Notes: generated by a model from the letters alone, not told the origin. DNA of 64,000 nt from Phoronis australis (GCA_002633005.1 NMRA01000024.1:999248-1063247), one strand, 5' to 3'; shown: positions 36,408-49,984, numbered from the stretch's first letter. Program-made: numbers and translations.

Positions 36408-36720
36408 TGACATATCGCACAATTCTAAAATGTGGCTATGGCTTTCATGCAATTCCTCAAAATGTGAGTATGACATTTCGCACAAGTCTCAAAATGTCGC
36501 TTTGACATGTCGTACAATTATCGAAATGTGGCTATGCGTGTCACACAATTCTCAAAATGTCACTATGACATGTCGCACAATTATCAAAATGTGGCTATGC
36601 ATGTCACACAATTCTCAAAATGTCACTATGACATGTCGCACAATTATCAAAATGTGGCTATGCATGTCACACAATTCTCAAAATGTCGCTATGATGTCGC
36701 ACAATTCTCAAAATGTGGCA
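36408..36720. repeat. Minisatellite of about 10 units of 31-32 bp with a 63-bp dimer structure
   Basis: atgacatgtcgcacaattatcaaaatgtggct alternates with atgcatgtcacacaattctcaaaatgtcact. Confidence 0.93.
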
Positions 36721-37808
36721 CGGCCAGCTAGATATTTTGTCATTTTTCTACAACAGGGAAGGTTGAGAAACTGAGTAGTGGACTTTTCATATTGGTGCTC
36801 TCTACAGTTATGAGAGTACGAAAGTGACTTCCGATTGATGCCGACTCAGATTTGGTGGACATAAATTTGATTACTACGTGGTTCATTTATTTAAAAGCAG
36901 AAGAAAAACAAGTTCCTCTGTCAGCGCCTCCTATTGTTTGATTAGTTTAAGATCACTTATTTATTTTAGCTTTTTGACACCGGTAGAGACCGAAATTCTG
37001 TTTTATCAGTCGCAGTCAAAAATGGCTTTATCGCAGATTCTTCTTGCCAGTGAGAAATGTATGGAACATGATGCCCTTGTTCATCCATTAATATTTCAAA
37101 AGGTTTGCCTTTTTTCTCGTCCTACCGCACAGAAGAGGATATTTGCCAGCATTATGATAGCAGGAAAGCTATTAAAACTGTTTACACTGAGTAGGGTGAA
37201 ATCTCGTTCGCATTACTAGTAAATGGGATCTGTAGGTGGCGATGAAACCCTATCCATCAAAGACCTGGTGGGATAGTGAATTTCAACATGGAGCGGCTAT
37301 TTCGAAAGTCAGCCATTGGTTATGAGGACTTTCTCAAACTGGGTTATACAGGAAATGTGGCATACTCCCCACACATATGGGTTTGAAAGTACTGATCCAA
37401 GTTGGCTTTGCCTTGTCTGTAATAAAAACAGTTGGTTAGAATGGCTTGATAATGTAACATTTGTATCAGCTATATGTACTGTAATATAAAACAGAAATAC
37501 ATTTTCCCAAAAAATGATATTGTTAGAGTGTTCTGCTTTATTAGCGCACGTGGCTATGTGTCACGTACATGTCAAGACTATTTTTCATTACACATGGCCG
37601 ACGTGTCTTTAACTAGATAGTATTTTGAGCATTTTTCCAAATTCTTAGTACTGTAGTTTTAACCGTCTTAAATTAAAATAATTTTTTTAACCATTTTGTA
37701 AGGAAAATATTAAACTTATGTCACATGAAACCCCAAAACGTTGGTTTACTTAAGCGTTTCACATATTGTTGCATGTGTCGAGCACGTGGGTCAAAATATA
37801 GGCATATG

Positions 37809-37965
37809 CAGTGTCGGATTTAGAGGGGGGCAAGGGGTCCATGGCCCTCCCTAAAACTCCCAAGGTTCCATTTCGCAGTTTAGGGGTGCAAATGTCTGAC
37901 AGGCAAAATCTTAGCTAATACTCTGCCCTGGCCCAACCTAATTAAAAATTCAGGATCCGCCCCTG
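37809..37965. mobile_element. hAT-type MITE with a 5-bp TSD
   Basis: cagtgtcggattt ... ggatccgcccctg termini, related to the 25075 TIR. ATATG is present on both sides (37804-37808, 37966-37970). Confidence 0.7.
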
Positions 37966-38374
37966 ATATGTTTAGGGAATAGCTTCCTGGTTGTGCTTTA
38001 ATAAAAGGCAAAAGGCGTGTCACTCAGTAGACACTGTCATTACTGATCAATATGTACCTCTTTTCTAGAAGCAGTTCTCCATAAAAGTTGAAGAGGCCTC
38101 TCCTTTCCTGAATATTGAATAACCATTTGAGCTTGTGAGTCCAAAACATTTGAATGACGTGCCATAGGTACATGTATAAGCAGGTGACAGTGGGTAAATT
38201 AACCCCATTTGATTATCCTGTTATGAAAGTTTAGGCGGATTTCTCAAGTCTGTTCTTTGTGGCAATAAACTCATCTTACATTAAAAGAATAATATGTTGC
38301 TGTGATACCAAATTTGTTTTGTTTGTTCACACTCTACAGATTGCATATTTCTGATTTGCACGAAATTCACGCAC

Positions 38375-38815
38375 AACTTCTAGTTCCGGAATAGCTGAAA
38401 GCCTATTGTTTTTCACCATGATCGGATTCAAGATGGTGGACCTGACGGCGATATTGTTTTTGAATTCAACTGCTCATAAAGGCCTCAATTTTTGATGTAC
38501 ACAGTTGAAAATCGGTACAATTATTGTACCAGTTGGGTACTACAGAGGTGCCGTTAATCATTGACATCCTGTTAAAGATGGCCTAAATAGTGGTCATTGT
38601 GTTTGGGCACCTCGATTTCGGGATGAAAACGTTTTGTCCTGTAGAGGGCATATTGTAGAACCAATTACTCCAATGATTGTAAGCTTCCTGTAAGCAGCTG
38701 TCACCGAGTGCTGCTCATCCAGAAGTTGTTTTCAAAATGGTGGATCTGACACATTTTCATCACTTTTCAATCGTGTTGGGGTGCCATTGAACACAAAGAA
38801 CAAATGACTTGAATT
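38375..38815. mobile_element. Degenerate HINE-like element with internal repeats of the caagatgg type
   Basis: aagatggtggacctgac, aagatggcctaaat and aaaatggtggatctgac recur about 150 bp apart. Confidence 0.35.
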
Positions 38816-38889
38816 TTTGCACGTGGATTATTTAAATATGCTCTTTCAAACGAAGTGAAACAATTTTTTCTCAGACTTGAGTTATTTGA

Positions 38890-39340
38890 CTTGCAATTTA
38901 AAAAAATGCAAAATTTGAAAATTTTGTGAAACTAATCTGATATGTAAAGTTTTAAACTGGCTTTCAGAAAATGTGTTCCATTTGTCGCTAGGGCGTCTCA
39001 TTTTCAAACTATTCGGGATTTTCTGATGTCGCTGTTCCTTTGTTGGTTGATTTTTGCTGTTATTTTGCTGGTTTACCTTATATTGAACATGACTATGCTT
39101 TTTAGTAATGTCTGACCTCTTCATTCTTCATGTATGATCGTCATCATTGTCATCATCATTCATTGTCAAACATTTATCATTCAGTGTCGCAAGGAGTCGC
39201 TCTCCAGATGAGCTTTCAATCCATCCTCGCCTTCTTTTCGAGCACCATGTTGTGCAGGACTCGAGTCAGGTCGTTGATCGTGTCGCAGCCTTAGAAGTTA
39301 TAATGGTTATCGTTACTGATGTCAATTTTTCTTCGTCAGC
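38890..39340 (-). repeat. Dispersed repeat with a (GAT/GAC)n tract, inverted relative to 63500-63990
   Basis: caacaaaggaacagcg..atcagaaaatc...agacg.cctagcga.aaatggaa.acat.ttctgaaagcc is shared by both copies. Confidence 0.8.
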
Positions 39341-40348
39341 GTAACCGCCAAGTTTAGCTTTCAGTCAATTTCGCCAAGTTTCGCTCCTCCGAGCGCTTTC
39401 ATTTTGTATTTTGAAACCTTTTTCCGGCGTTGTGAAATTGGTCGGAAATTGCTCCTTAGTCAAATAAATAGTGATTTCAGGGCATCGAAAAACTGAAAGC
39501 TCTTTATTTTTCGAGACCAGACTTCATATGTTGACCAAGGACTAATGAACAGTCAGTTCCGCCTTTGCAAACCAATAAATCACCGAGACATCCGAGTACA
39601 AACTGAAGTAATTTTACGGTAGTAGGTGATCTAGCAATCAAAAGTTTATACCTTTTGACATAATGCCTTACAATGTCGTCACTGTAACAACTTACGTTAA
39701 CGGCACGGGTGTATTCAAGGGGGGTGACCGTCCAGTCACATTTTTGAAGCCGAAATGAACTTGGAATATCGCCATATTGAAAAAAAAAACTTACGGGAGG
39801 TTTAAATTTAAGTAACTTTCACTTATGTTTCATTTCTACAAAAAATGACTAACTTTTGCTGCACTATGTTACAACATATTTTCATCTATGCTACTCTCGT
39901 ATGTACACCACCCAGCGTACCCGACCCGGTGCGCGGCTAGGGTGCGCTATTCTCCTCTTGGGGACGCATCAGTACCCTTCACGTACCACTTTATACGGGG
40001 GGCATATTTCGATCACGATGCTCTCAGGTGTATTAACCCTGTTTCTGCGCATTATTCTCGTCCAGGGCGTAAAGACCATTCTGTATCCTAGAACGATGTT
40101 CCAGTAGAAACACGCGAAACCAATTGCTAAGTGCAATCTAAGTTCTGAACTAAGTCTATGAAACAGACGATGGGAGTACTGGTCATGTGGCAATGAACAG
40201 CATGTGCTCAGTTGACTCCAGGACTACCCGTAATCTCTTTCTATATTCTGAGACTTGTCGTTGACTCTTGCTTATTACAGACCACTGCAGTCGTGAACGA
40301 ATGAAATGTGATCCGGCAAATTAGTAGTGGGTCATTTTGTAGACCAGT

Positions 40349-40769
40349 GGCCGGTTGCATGAAAAAGTCCCAAATAGGGACTCAACTAAGGTTCCTAAGT
40401 CTTTTTACGTATTTGTGTCTTTCTGGACTCACAGATGCAATATTTTTCTATGTTTCATCTATTATGAGCTCCTCTTTGATTAATGACATTTTCTAATAAT
40501 ATAACTAAAAACTGAGCCCAGAGTTCATTGAAAATAGGGACTCAGTCCTTAAGTTGGGGGTTTTGCATGAAAAGGTCCCTTATTATTTTCAATAATGTTG
40601 ACAATTCAGCGTCAGAGTTCACTCTCGATTTGTATCACAGTCAAAAGTTGACTTAGTAATGAAACTAAAACAATACGTATAAGAAAGGGTAATCGATGTT
40701 TTCACAAGTCAGTGACGCAGTAGAACTTGGTTGAGTCCCTATTTGGGATTGTTTCATTCAACCGCCGGC
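40349..40769. mobile_element. Harbinger-type MITE with TIRs of about 40 bp
   Basis: cggttgcatgaaaaagtcccaaatagggactcaactaag versus cttggttgagtccctatttgggattgtttcattcaaccg. A partial copy follows at 40781. Confidence 0.7.
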
Positions 40770-41785
40770 ACAGGGTGAGTCGGTTGCATGACAAACATAC
40801 AATAGGGGCTGAACTAGCTATTGAAATGAAGTGTTCATGATATCAATATATCTCGTATAATTTACTCTCGATGCTGATCAAAGTTAAAACTTGACGAAAG
40901 AATGAAAGTCAAAGTCGCTAAAGACAGGTCAAACAATCAGATCACAAACGCGCTGACGGTAAACTTCGCCTTAGTGTTTCATACATCGGCCACAGACCAC
41001 CCGGTCACAGTCAGTGACCAGGTATTAGTTGGACAACAAAGCGTTACTTCATATTTTGTTGATCAAGCAATTTTGCATGAGGTTGTCACACCAAAACTGA
41101 GTAAAACTAGTGCATCTACCAATTGCTCTTTGATCCAAGACAAGATTTATAACAACACACTTCTCAGGCCTCGCTGGTTCCCTGCGTGTCAGTCGCTGTT
41201 GGTGAAAACCGCGTGCTCTCGACTCCATTGGCAGTAAGCCGGTTGTAGTTCATCCGTTGGACCTAGTTAAAAATTAATGAAAGATATTGTCCACAAGGCT
41301 TTAATAGAATATTCCTCGATCATGTGGCAAACACGCAATCGTGAATGGCGCTTATTCGAATTTTGAATGTCACTGTGGCGTTTTCCTCTATCTCGCGTGA
41401 ATCCATACTAGCCTTGGCCTTGTGTAAAAGACGAAACAAGAAGAAATTCATAGAAATCGTCTGTGTAGTAACAACGCAGTCAAAGGGGAGTCTGACACAG
41501 CGGGGAATGGACGCTGACGTTGAACCTTGCAGTTTACACTTTAAGCAATAGCCAGTTTTTGCTAACTCGGCCTACTTGAAGCTGCATTTCGTCCGGCCAG
41601 TAAGATGCCTGAAAAGGGAATGCAATTAGATCTTTTCACTCACAAAATCCGTCTCGTAATATTCTTTAGTGGGATAGAATTCCCGGCATTTCCTTGGCCA
41701 ACTACCCCACTACTGAGTCGATGACTGCGGTAACCTGGAGACTATGACTGCGGTGGATTTTGAAGTTCTTGTTGGCAACTCGTGA

Positions 41786-42075
41786 CATGCGCGCACCCAG
41801 CCTAAAATATAGGGGGGCTTGAATTTTCGATATGCGGACCTTTTACTGGAGGAAATCAACGAGGATTAAGAAAAAAAAAACACACAAAAAACGGGGCCAC
41901 TAGGTTCAGGCCCATGAATTGTGCATCCGCGCCAACTTCCAGTGGATTTTGTGGACTTTTGTCTCGTTAACTCGGACGTTTTGTTTCACTGAAGCGGACC
42001 TTTTTGCCCAATTCGCCAAATTGGGAGGCACGTTCGAGTCCCCCGAGCCCCCCNCCCCCACTGGGTGCGCCCGTG
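41786..42075 (+). mobile_element. MITE family A, copy 1
   Basis: TIR catgcgcgcacccag / ctgggtgcgcccgtg; interior homologous to 42221-42490 and 47816-48072. Confidence 0.8.
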
Positions 42076-42220
42076 CAGATTATGTGACTGAGTTTATGGG
42101 AGTAAAAGGCACACTCTGATTTTCCTTTTTTATCCACTAAACAAAGCGATATACAGCTTTAAAATATAAGTTAACAACCTAGCGAATACCCAGCTCTGAC
42201 CGCAAGCTCTGTCAGATTAA

Positions 42221-42490
42221 CATACGCGCACCCAGCCTAAAAAATGGGGGACTCGAATTTTTGAGAATGTGGACCTTTTACTAAGATTCACCGGGGGTAC
42301 GTTCAGAGCTATGAAGTCTGAATTCGCCAAATTTTGGTAGTTCCTGCATTTTTAGTGGTCTTTTGTCTCGTTTTCCACTTTTTCAGAGTATTTGTTTCTC
42401 TGAGGCGGACCCTTTGTCCACTATACGCCAAATATGAGGGGGGGATGGGTGCTCGCTCGAGCCTCCCGAGTACCCCTGGGTGCGCGCATG
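42221..42490 (+). mobile_element. MITE family A, copy 2
   Basis: catacgcgcacccag ... ctgggtgcgcgcatg; flanks attaa and attac suggest a 5-bp TSD. Confidence 0.8.
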
Positions 42491-43000
42491 ATTACCCTAC
42501 CTCAGGCTGACGGGACGGTACACTGGAGAAATACAAGAAAAATACTTTTCAGAGAATTAACCAAAAGTGAGGTCTAGGTTAAAAAGTAGGCCTATATCAT
42601 GAACTTTGAACACTGAAGTCTCATTTACCTGTGCTCTTTACCATCTTAAATACTACAGACAATAACTCTTAGTATAAACCAATGGGGACGCAAGCACTAA
42701 CTTAGTGGGACTTCCCATGAGCCAATGGGGGGAGTAACAATCATTGAGATGGGTGAATTCCCGGTGACGAGGTATTTTTAAGCGGACGTCAGTATCCAAC
42801 GAAAAGGTCAAAAATTGATTACACGGAGAAATTTTAGATCGAGCATTTATGATGGAATAGGCATTTTCAAGAAGTGAAACCGTCATGCTCACCGAGGCAA
42901 ATCTCGGAACCGCTAAGAGACTCTTCATTACTGGTTCCTAGGGCAAAACAATGAGGATGTCCCTGCTAGCCGCAACAGGGAAACACCGATGGTCAGCTGT

Positions 43001-43215
43001 CCAATATATGACGTCACCTCCGCTGACCTATATATCGGACAGTAATATTTGTCGCGTGCGACCAGAGAAGACTTGTTCTGGATCTGTGTTATGAGTGTTC
43101 TGGAGACCTGAGGTATTTATGATTTCAAAATTTCTCTTAGTTACTTGCTCACGTGTGCTAATATCTTATAGAATTAAACAGGTGTCTCTAACTGTGAGAA
43201 GACGGTGCAGTAAGT
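43001..43215 (+). promoter_or_regulatory. Pol II promoter with two short leader exons of an unidentified downstream transcript
   Basis: CCAAT at 43001, full CRE TGACGTCA at 43009-43016, TATATAT at 43028, donor GAG|GTATTT at 43113, branch-like tgctaat at 43156, acceptor at 43171 or 43181, donor GTAAGT at 43210. CpG-rich surroundings. Confidence 0.55.
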
Positions 43216-43828
43216 AGGCTACGTCACGAAGTTTATGCCTTTGGCGTAGCTCCGATACTCAGTGGTCACTGTTGCCTTCCACTCCAGGGACACCGCATTA
43301 TCACAGGCTTGGTTTTCGAAGGCCCTTTCGTCGTAGTTCACTCCTTTGCACCGTGTCCTGTGTGTTTGTTTCACTCATGTTTTGGGGTCATCTGCACTTC
43401 TGCCACAAACGCTGTTTGATCATGACTTCGGCAGTGAGGACAGGTTATGCCTTGAGGGCATCATTCGTCATCAGTTTCCCAGCCCTGTGATTGAAAATCT
43501 CAAGCCATGCTTAAGTTTTTACTAGGATTTGATACAAGTCATTCTCACTGTTTTCATCTGTTGATTTCATGTGTCCATGTCTACCTTCCATCACAAAACA
43601 AATTTTTGATTTTTGACTTGGATCTGGCTGTTTATTAGTTCAAAATTAGAGTAGTGATTTCCTGGCTTCAAAAGAACTGAGAGTTCTGAATTGCTTGAAA
43701 CAGGGCTGTACATTTCACTTCTAAGTATTGCAGGCCATTTTAGTGCACCAAGTCAGTATGGTCTGATTTCTTAGCAAGCCGAGAAATCCTTTTTCATTTG
43801 AGAAAGGAAGAGGTTGAGACCAATTTTA

Positions 43829-44200
43829 TCTGTTGAAAATTATCCAGTTTGGGATTTTGGGAAGTTTATTGTTTTGCTCAAGGTGTGAGCTTGTACCAAA
43901 TATTTTAATAATAAGCATTGTTGACCATCCCAAATTCAAGAATTAAATCAAGGGCAAAGGATCACCCACCTTGATGTCGAGTTACACACTATAAAACACT
44001 GAATTGGCGACTATTTTCAACGATTTTGTGAACTGCTAAGTCTGTTTTCGTTCTCCATTGGATACAAAGGCAGTTTCTGTTATTTATGAACTCCAATATC
44101 GCCCATGGCCCAATCTTCAGAATAAGAGAAATTCAATGTTGGCTTAAATTTCAGTGTCCCAAATTTCAGCAATTGTTTCAAATTGTAGAATTGTTGCAGT
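43829..44200 (+). mobile_element. Tc1/mariner-like MITE family, copy 1
   Basis: Shares tccagtttggga, cccaaattcaagaatta, cccaatctt.agaat.agagaaatt and tttcagtgtcccaaatt with 53701-54000. Confidence 0.6.
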
Positions 44201-47200
44201 GGTAGGAAATCTCAATCAAAAGTTTGTTTGATGGAACCTATGTTTACATCCACTTTAAGCAAATACTTCATCTTTTAGAAGAAATGAAAAAAGTGTGTTT
44301 CATCAATTGATTGTAATTTCAATGGTCATAAAGTTCATGTCATTTCATGGGACTAGTGTAATAAATCATGCGCTCAATTATTTTTAAATGAATGAGTTTT
44401 CTGCGGTTATTAAAATTGTCATTATTTTGTAAACTTGGCAATTGAAATTGATTACAAAATAAGAAGAATGTTTTAAAAAAAACATTAATGGAGCATTATG
44501 TAGACAGTAGGGCATATTAGTTACATAATAGCTGTGAATTAAACTCAGTTTTTCCTCTATTTAACACATTGAATTTTTTTCTTGATTGGTTAATATTCAT
44601 TTTTATACAATACATTATTTTTCTGTTTAATACTGTTTTAATTACACACTGTCCATTGGCATTCCCAGGCACATTTTGTAAAAATAAGAAAAGTGCCTTC
44701 TTTATCTCGCTGTTGACATTTCTCGCTGGTTGATCTGAATGGATAATTATAAAATATTGTTCTAATCAAATGACCTTTTTATTCACAGACATGAAGAAGT
44801 CTAACTGCCACACAGTAAAGGTAGCATTTTTTGTTGCAGCAACCTAATAATGTTACCATAGGGTTTGTAGAATTAACATTTTACAAAAGATTCCATAAAT
44901 GAATACTCGTTTTAGCAGTGTCTGAATTATAGGGGGTATGTTAAAAAATTAAAAGAAAGAAAATCTGAAAGCAAAGTCGTTATGACTCATAGTTCCTTGT
45001 CTTTTTTCTGGAAACTTGTTTTCCAGCCGGGTAGGATATTGAAACTCGATTTGACTTTTCAACTGGCATGCATTCTGTGGTTGTTGTGGTTTCGTGTTTC
45101 TTGCCAATGATATTTGGACTTTTCAATTTATTGTTCTTAAGAACAAAGGAGTGGTATTTGTTAAAGATTTTACCGTTTTCTGATAATGTATAATACTGGA
45201 TTTAACTCCATCGCAGTCTTATTGGAAACTTTTTCAGTTTCAGTAGATTAGGCAGCTGTATTTTCAAAATTTTCCCACAACGCACTATCTTTGTAACCCT
45301 TTTATTAATGTTCATTTGGCTATTTATAAATAGGGCGGGTAATGCAATTTATATTCTTGTGTGGAAACCGAAACATTCAGCTCTTGTCCAGCTTAACACT
45401 CACTCGAAAAATTTCATGTTTAAATGTCCTCCCGTTGATTTTTTAGTTTCACCATGCAATGTAAGCACCCTGGGCGCTAACTCCGTGGAAGTTGGTGATT
45501 GTCTTAATACACTGGCAAAGTTCTAAATGCTGAATGTCAAACTTAACCTTTGACCTCACATTGTGAAGCTTTGAGTTGGAATTTTCATCTGCTGCCCTAA
45601 TTTCTGACCATTGAGGGGTGGTTGTGAAACTTTCACTTTCTACTGCTCAAAAGATAATATTTCCTCCATCATCGTAGTGACAAAAACACAGAGATGATTT
45701 TGAAAATAATAGTTGAGCAAATTTATAGCCTTTTTTACCTTTTTTCAATTCTAGGAATGAAATACTATGAAATCAAATTGTACTCGATATGGTAATCGTA
45801 CTTGAGCACAGTCAACCAATGGACTTTTCTGTCTATATCTTCAAAACATTTTATTAGAATATAAAATAAAGACATGTTCTGCAATCAATAATCTCCTGGA
45901 ATTGACCATCTGTATTAAAATAGCTTGCAATTACAGTATCGTCTTGACGTACCTTTGTCATGTTTGTTTCTGATTGTTTTATCCAATCACGTTATCTGTT
46001 GTCGGTATATTTCTAAGTTCACTCTGTTTGTTTTCTTTTTGCTCTTTTAAAGTATAGAGCCAAGTGTTTGGCTTGGATAAAAGTTCTTAGTTGTGGGGAT
46101 GAAAAAATGTTGAAATTTCTTCATTTCAATTTTTTAAATGCTCTCTACTTTGTGTAATTAACTGCTCAATGGAGTACTTAAGGCACTGTTAAAATATATT
46201 TAAATTTCCAATCTGTCATATTAGGTTCCTGTACTGAGGAATTACTATATTTTCAAACATGTGTTGCCAATTTTCCTAAAAACGTTTAAATGTATACTGA
46301 TTTCTATGTTAAAGTTCAAGAAAACAATGCTCTTAGTGATGTTTTGTTTGTACTAATTTTGTTTAGTATTCATTTTGTTAAGCAAACCTAACAATGAAGA
46401 TCCAAGCTCCCGTTCGTTGTCAGTTATTTCTTTAATGTCAATTGTAAGACTAACCTACAAAAAAGTGAAATGTTATCACAATGTTTCAATGTCTCTATAG
46501 GTTCAGCGGTGTCTTACAGAATGCCTCAGGCAAGAGCCTGGGGACATATTTAACTTATTTCGTTAGGTTATGAATTGTCCTCGGCAGACTCAGCGCACTC
46601 TGAGACTGTAATAACCCCAGATCTACCTGGGTAATAAGAGGCAGTTGATGAGGCCTTGCAGCTATTGTGGCCGAATTTTTACTACTGAAACTGTTTCTCG
46701 TGACCTGGGGGTTGTTTTAAAATGAACCGGTGTTTTGACGGAATTGGCGAGTTTTATTGACGCACGTTTGATTTTCCATCTGGCCAGAAACAAGTGGCCT
46801 GCCACTTAGATCTAAAGCAGGGTACCACCCCCTTTCTTGTAATGAGGATATAAACGAGTGTAAAACGCGACCATTTTATCAGCAAAAATAACGGAGAAGA
46901 GCAGCACAGAAGTTCCGGTAGCTGAGTTCACTAAGAATTTTCAGGTTTTATGTGAGTTGTATCTGTTTTGCTCGTTAAGTGTTGTATTTTATAAGTTAAT
47001 TTTTGAGAAAAGTGAAATCTTTTGTAACATTTGGAATTTCATAAAAACAGGTTAGAATGCTTTTTAGTCGCAAAATGTTATTTGGATTGTTCTTGAAAAT
47101 TTATTTATGTGGTAAAGTCTCACCAGTTTGGGAATCGATATTGCTGACAAGTGAATTTTATTCGTTCATTTTTTCATAAAAGATAAGTAACACCAAATAA

Positions 47201-47815
47201 TTGCTATATTATTTTTAAAGATCTAAACCTTGATAGCTGCCATCTGACAATGATTTGGAGAAACTGTGGGCATTCACAACAATATTGGAAATGTGTGAAA
47301 AATGAAAATGGCAATTATTTTGTCTAAAATTGGTGAGATTTTTTGAGGCATAAAGTGTCTGGCAATTCGTCACTTATGCAGCACACAATATGGTTGGCAA
47401 GTGAAATTCTGCTTTGTCAAATTTCTTCACAAAATAAAGGTAAACAAAAAGAAAAAATTTAGTCTATCAGTAGCAAGTTTTGCACTTTATAGATTGTATA
47501 AAACAATTTTTGGTCAATTGTCCATCATTTGAAGGGAAACAGTCAGCATTTGAAAAACGGAAAAACTACAATTTTGGAAATTATTTTTGTAACAAATAAA
47601 TAGAGACTTAACCTAACCTGAGCATTGATGTTAAAAAAATTCATTATTGTTTTCAGGCATACGGTTTTAACTGGTTGACATTGCAGCTTTTCATTGCAGG
47701 GTCAAAGCTGAAAATCTATGTGCACCCATTGCAGTTTTGACAACACCTTTTGTTGCATTTTTCTGTTTGCTGTGGTGTTGTAATCCAGGGACAAGTGAAA
47801 TGCTCAAGTTAGGCT

Positions 47816-48072
47816 GTTGCGCGAACCCAGCCTAAGAAATAGGGAGGGGGGGACTCGAATTTTTGAGAATGTGGACCTTTTAGTAAAAAAACAGGGTACG
47901 TTTAGAGCTATGAATTGTGCATTTGCCAAATTATTTTGGTAGTATCTGCCTTTTTAGTGGACTTTTGCATTGTTTTCTACTTTTTCAGAATTATCGTTTT
48001 TCTGAGGCAGACCTTTTTGCCCACTTGGCCAATTGGAGGGGGTGCTCGAATGAGCCCCTGGGTGTGCGCATG
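47816..48072 (+). mobile_element. MITE family A, copy 3
   Basis: tgcgcgaacccagcctaa...gactcgaatttttgagaatgtggacctttta...ccctgggtgtgcgcatg. Confidence 0.8.
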
Positions 48073-48855
48073 TTTCGTGCTAACATGTATGCCTACATAA
48101 TCCACATTATCGTAGCCTCATTCTGTGTTTCAGAGTGGAATCGGCTTCACAGAAGCAGAAAAACAGTCTAACTCCTAACTGTATTTATTTCCCTACTTGG
48201 AAAGTCATGTGACGTGACTTGCCTGAAGTGTTGTTACTTTCACATTCAACAAAGCTGTAGAAAATATACAAAACACCATCTGTTTTTTCTGTTGTTTTTC
48301 TGTATGCAGGTAATAAATTATTGTAAGTATCTTATAAACAGTATAATATGAAGACAAGAGTACAGTCTGTAGGATAAGATTTGCATATTTACTACAAACT
48401 AACACCAGCAGAGTATACCTGGAAAGTGAGCTTGTAGAAGTAGTGCCATCACCAGATGGTCACTAATGCTGAATTAAATAGTAAAAGACACTTATATTGT
48501 AGAAGGGACTGAACAAAAAAGAAGAAGCCAACTAAGAAAACAATGGACCAATCTTTTCCTTATTTGGACATTTAATGTTGATGTATCCGCTATTATTATG
48601 ACGTGATTTGAACCCACAGGTACTGTTAGAAATGCACTATCGCGTTGCATTTTCAAGAATTTTGCAGATTTTGGATCTTTTTCCAATTCAGGCGGGGCAG
48701 TTAAGCATTTGGAATTGTTGCAAAATTATGTGTTTATATTTATCGGTGTGGTGCAACAAAGGTTACACCCATTGTATACTCAAAGGGAGTGGAGAAAGAT
48801 TTTAATCTTAAAAGGTTGACCAGGTCCATAGCCAGGTCATGATTTTCAAAATGTT

Positions 48856-49273
48856 TAGTAGTTTACAGGGGTGACACGGATCAGCTGACATGGAACGAGT
48901 TGTTCCAGTGTGTAAACGGGACTGACACAGAGCAAATTGACACCGCGGTGACAAATTTTGCCACCCGTTTGTGAGTTAGAGCAATTTGCGCCCGAACATC
49001 TTGCTCCGTGTCAATTATATGTCTAAATGCAAAACCGGGGCAAGGCGGAAAGGATAATCTCTACTGCGCTTGCCTAATGACGTACGTACGGGTTGTTTGT
49101 CTCTGCAACTCTCGTCATACATAAACCTGCGCATGTGTGATCCAGTCTCTCCAGCCTGCAATTTCCGTCTTGCCACGGTTAGTGAGTTGTGTGTGTAAAC
49201 GGCCGCTTGACACGGGTCAATTTGCTCCGTGTCAGTTGTGCCGGGCCAAAAGTTGATGTCTAAACTGGACTAA
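48856..49273. mobile_element. Harbinger-like MITE with internal tgacacgg / ttgctccgtgtca repeats
   Basis: Repeated gtgtgtaaacgg...tgacac..ttgctccgtgtca..tgtctaaa blocks near both ends; degenerate TIR. Confidence 0.55.
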
Positions 49274-49984
49274 GGGTGCTTAGTTGTGGCCTAATGATTA
49301 TTATTGCTTTTCATTATGGCATTTTAATTTAAAATGATGGGTCCAAAATGTCAAAATGACATCACACTAAACAAGTGAATTGAGAAGACCAGTCTTTGTT
49401 GGTAAGTTATTCCAACGTCATTCTTCAGACCGATCATAAGTCATGTCCCAATCAAATGTTTTTTTTCTTCAGGGTCGTTTATTTGTCTTTTCTATTCAGT
49501 TTTCTGGCATAAGTTTCACTGGAGTGAATGCAGCTGATAACTTCCCTAGTTCTTTGCATTAATGTGATAAATTTTCAAGAGTTCATAAAATTTTGCCATG
49601 CATTATGTAAAAAAGACTTGCATAATGGACAAGTTCAAATTTTTAAACGTAAATAAAAATGTTTTGTGAGTCATGCTGCAATTTCATGCATTTAGTTATT
49701 CTTGGCAATAGTCCATACGATTGCTACTATTTGTGCACGATATATTAGTTATGGAAAATGGAAATTTATTTGCAGTCTACAGAAGATGTGCCCGTGTTAT
49801 GAGCTCTGTAGATCCAGGAACAGACCTTGTACCAATTAGGAGTGAAAATCATAGATTCAACATTTTGTTTACTAAACAGCTCCTGTATGGTTAACTTAAT
49901 TGTTTTCTTCTCCTTACATTTATTGGAGCTTGCGGTGTTCACGTTCAAAAAGCTCTGAACCATGTTTGGAAAGTTTGAGTCATG

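Noticed and set aside
36430-36774. Repetitive Cys/His/Met-rich ORFs
   Set aside because: Translation of the 63-bp dimer minisatellite.
40034-40040. TAACCCT as a telomerase RNA template in a GC-richer patch
   Set aside because: Only 7 nt, with no convincing pseudoknot, CR4/5 or H/ACA domain nearby.
46501-46957. Further exon (VQRCLTECL...) and TATAAA promoter
   Set aside because: The exon needs a GC donor or meets a stop, and the TATAAA lies in repeat-like sequence. Too weak to call.
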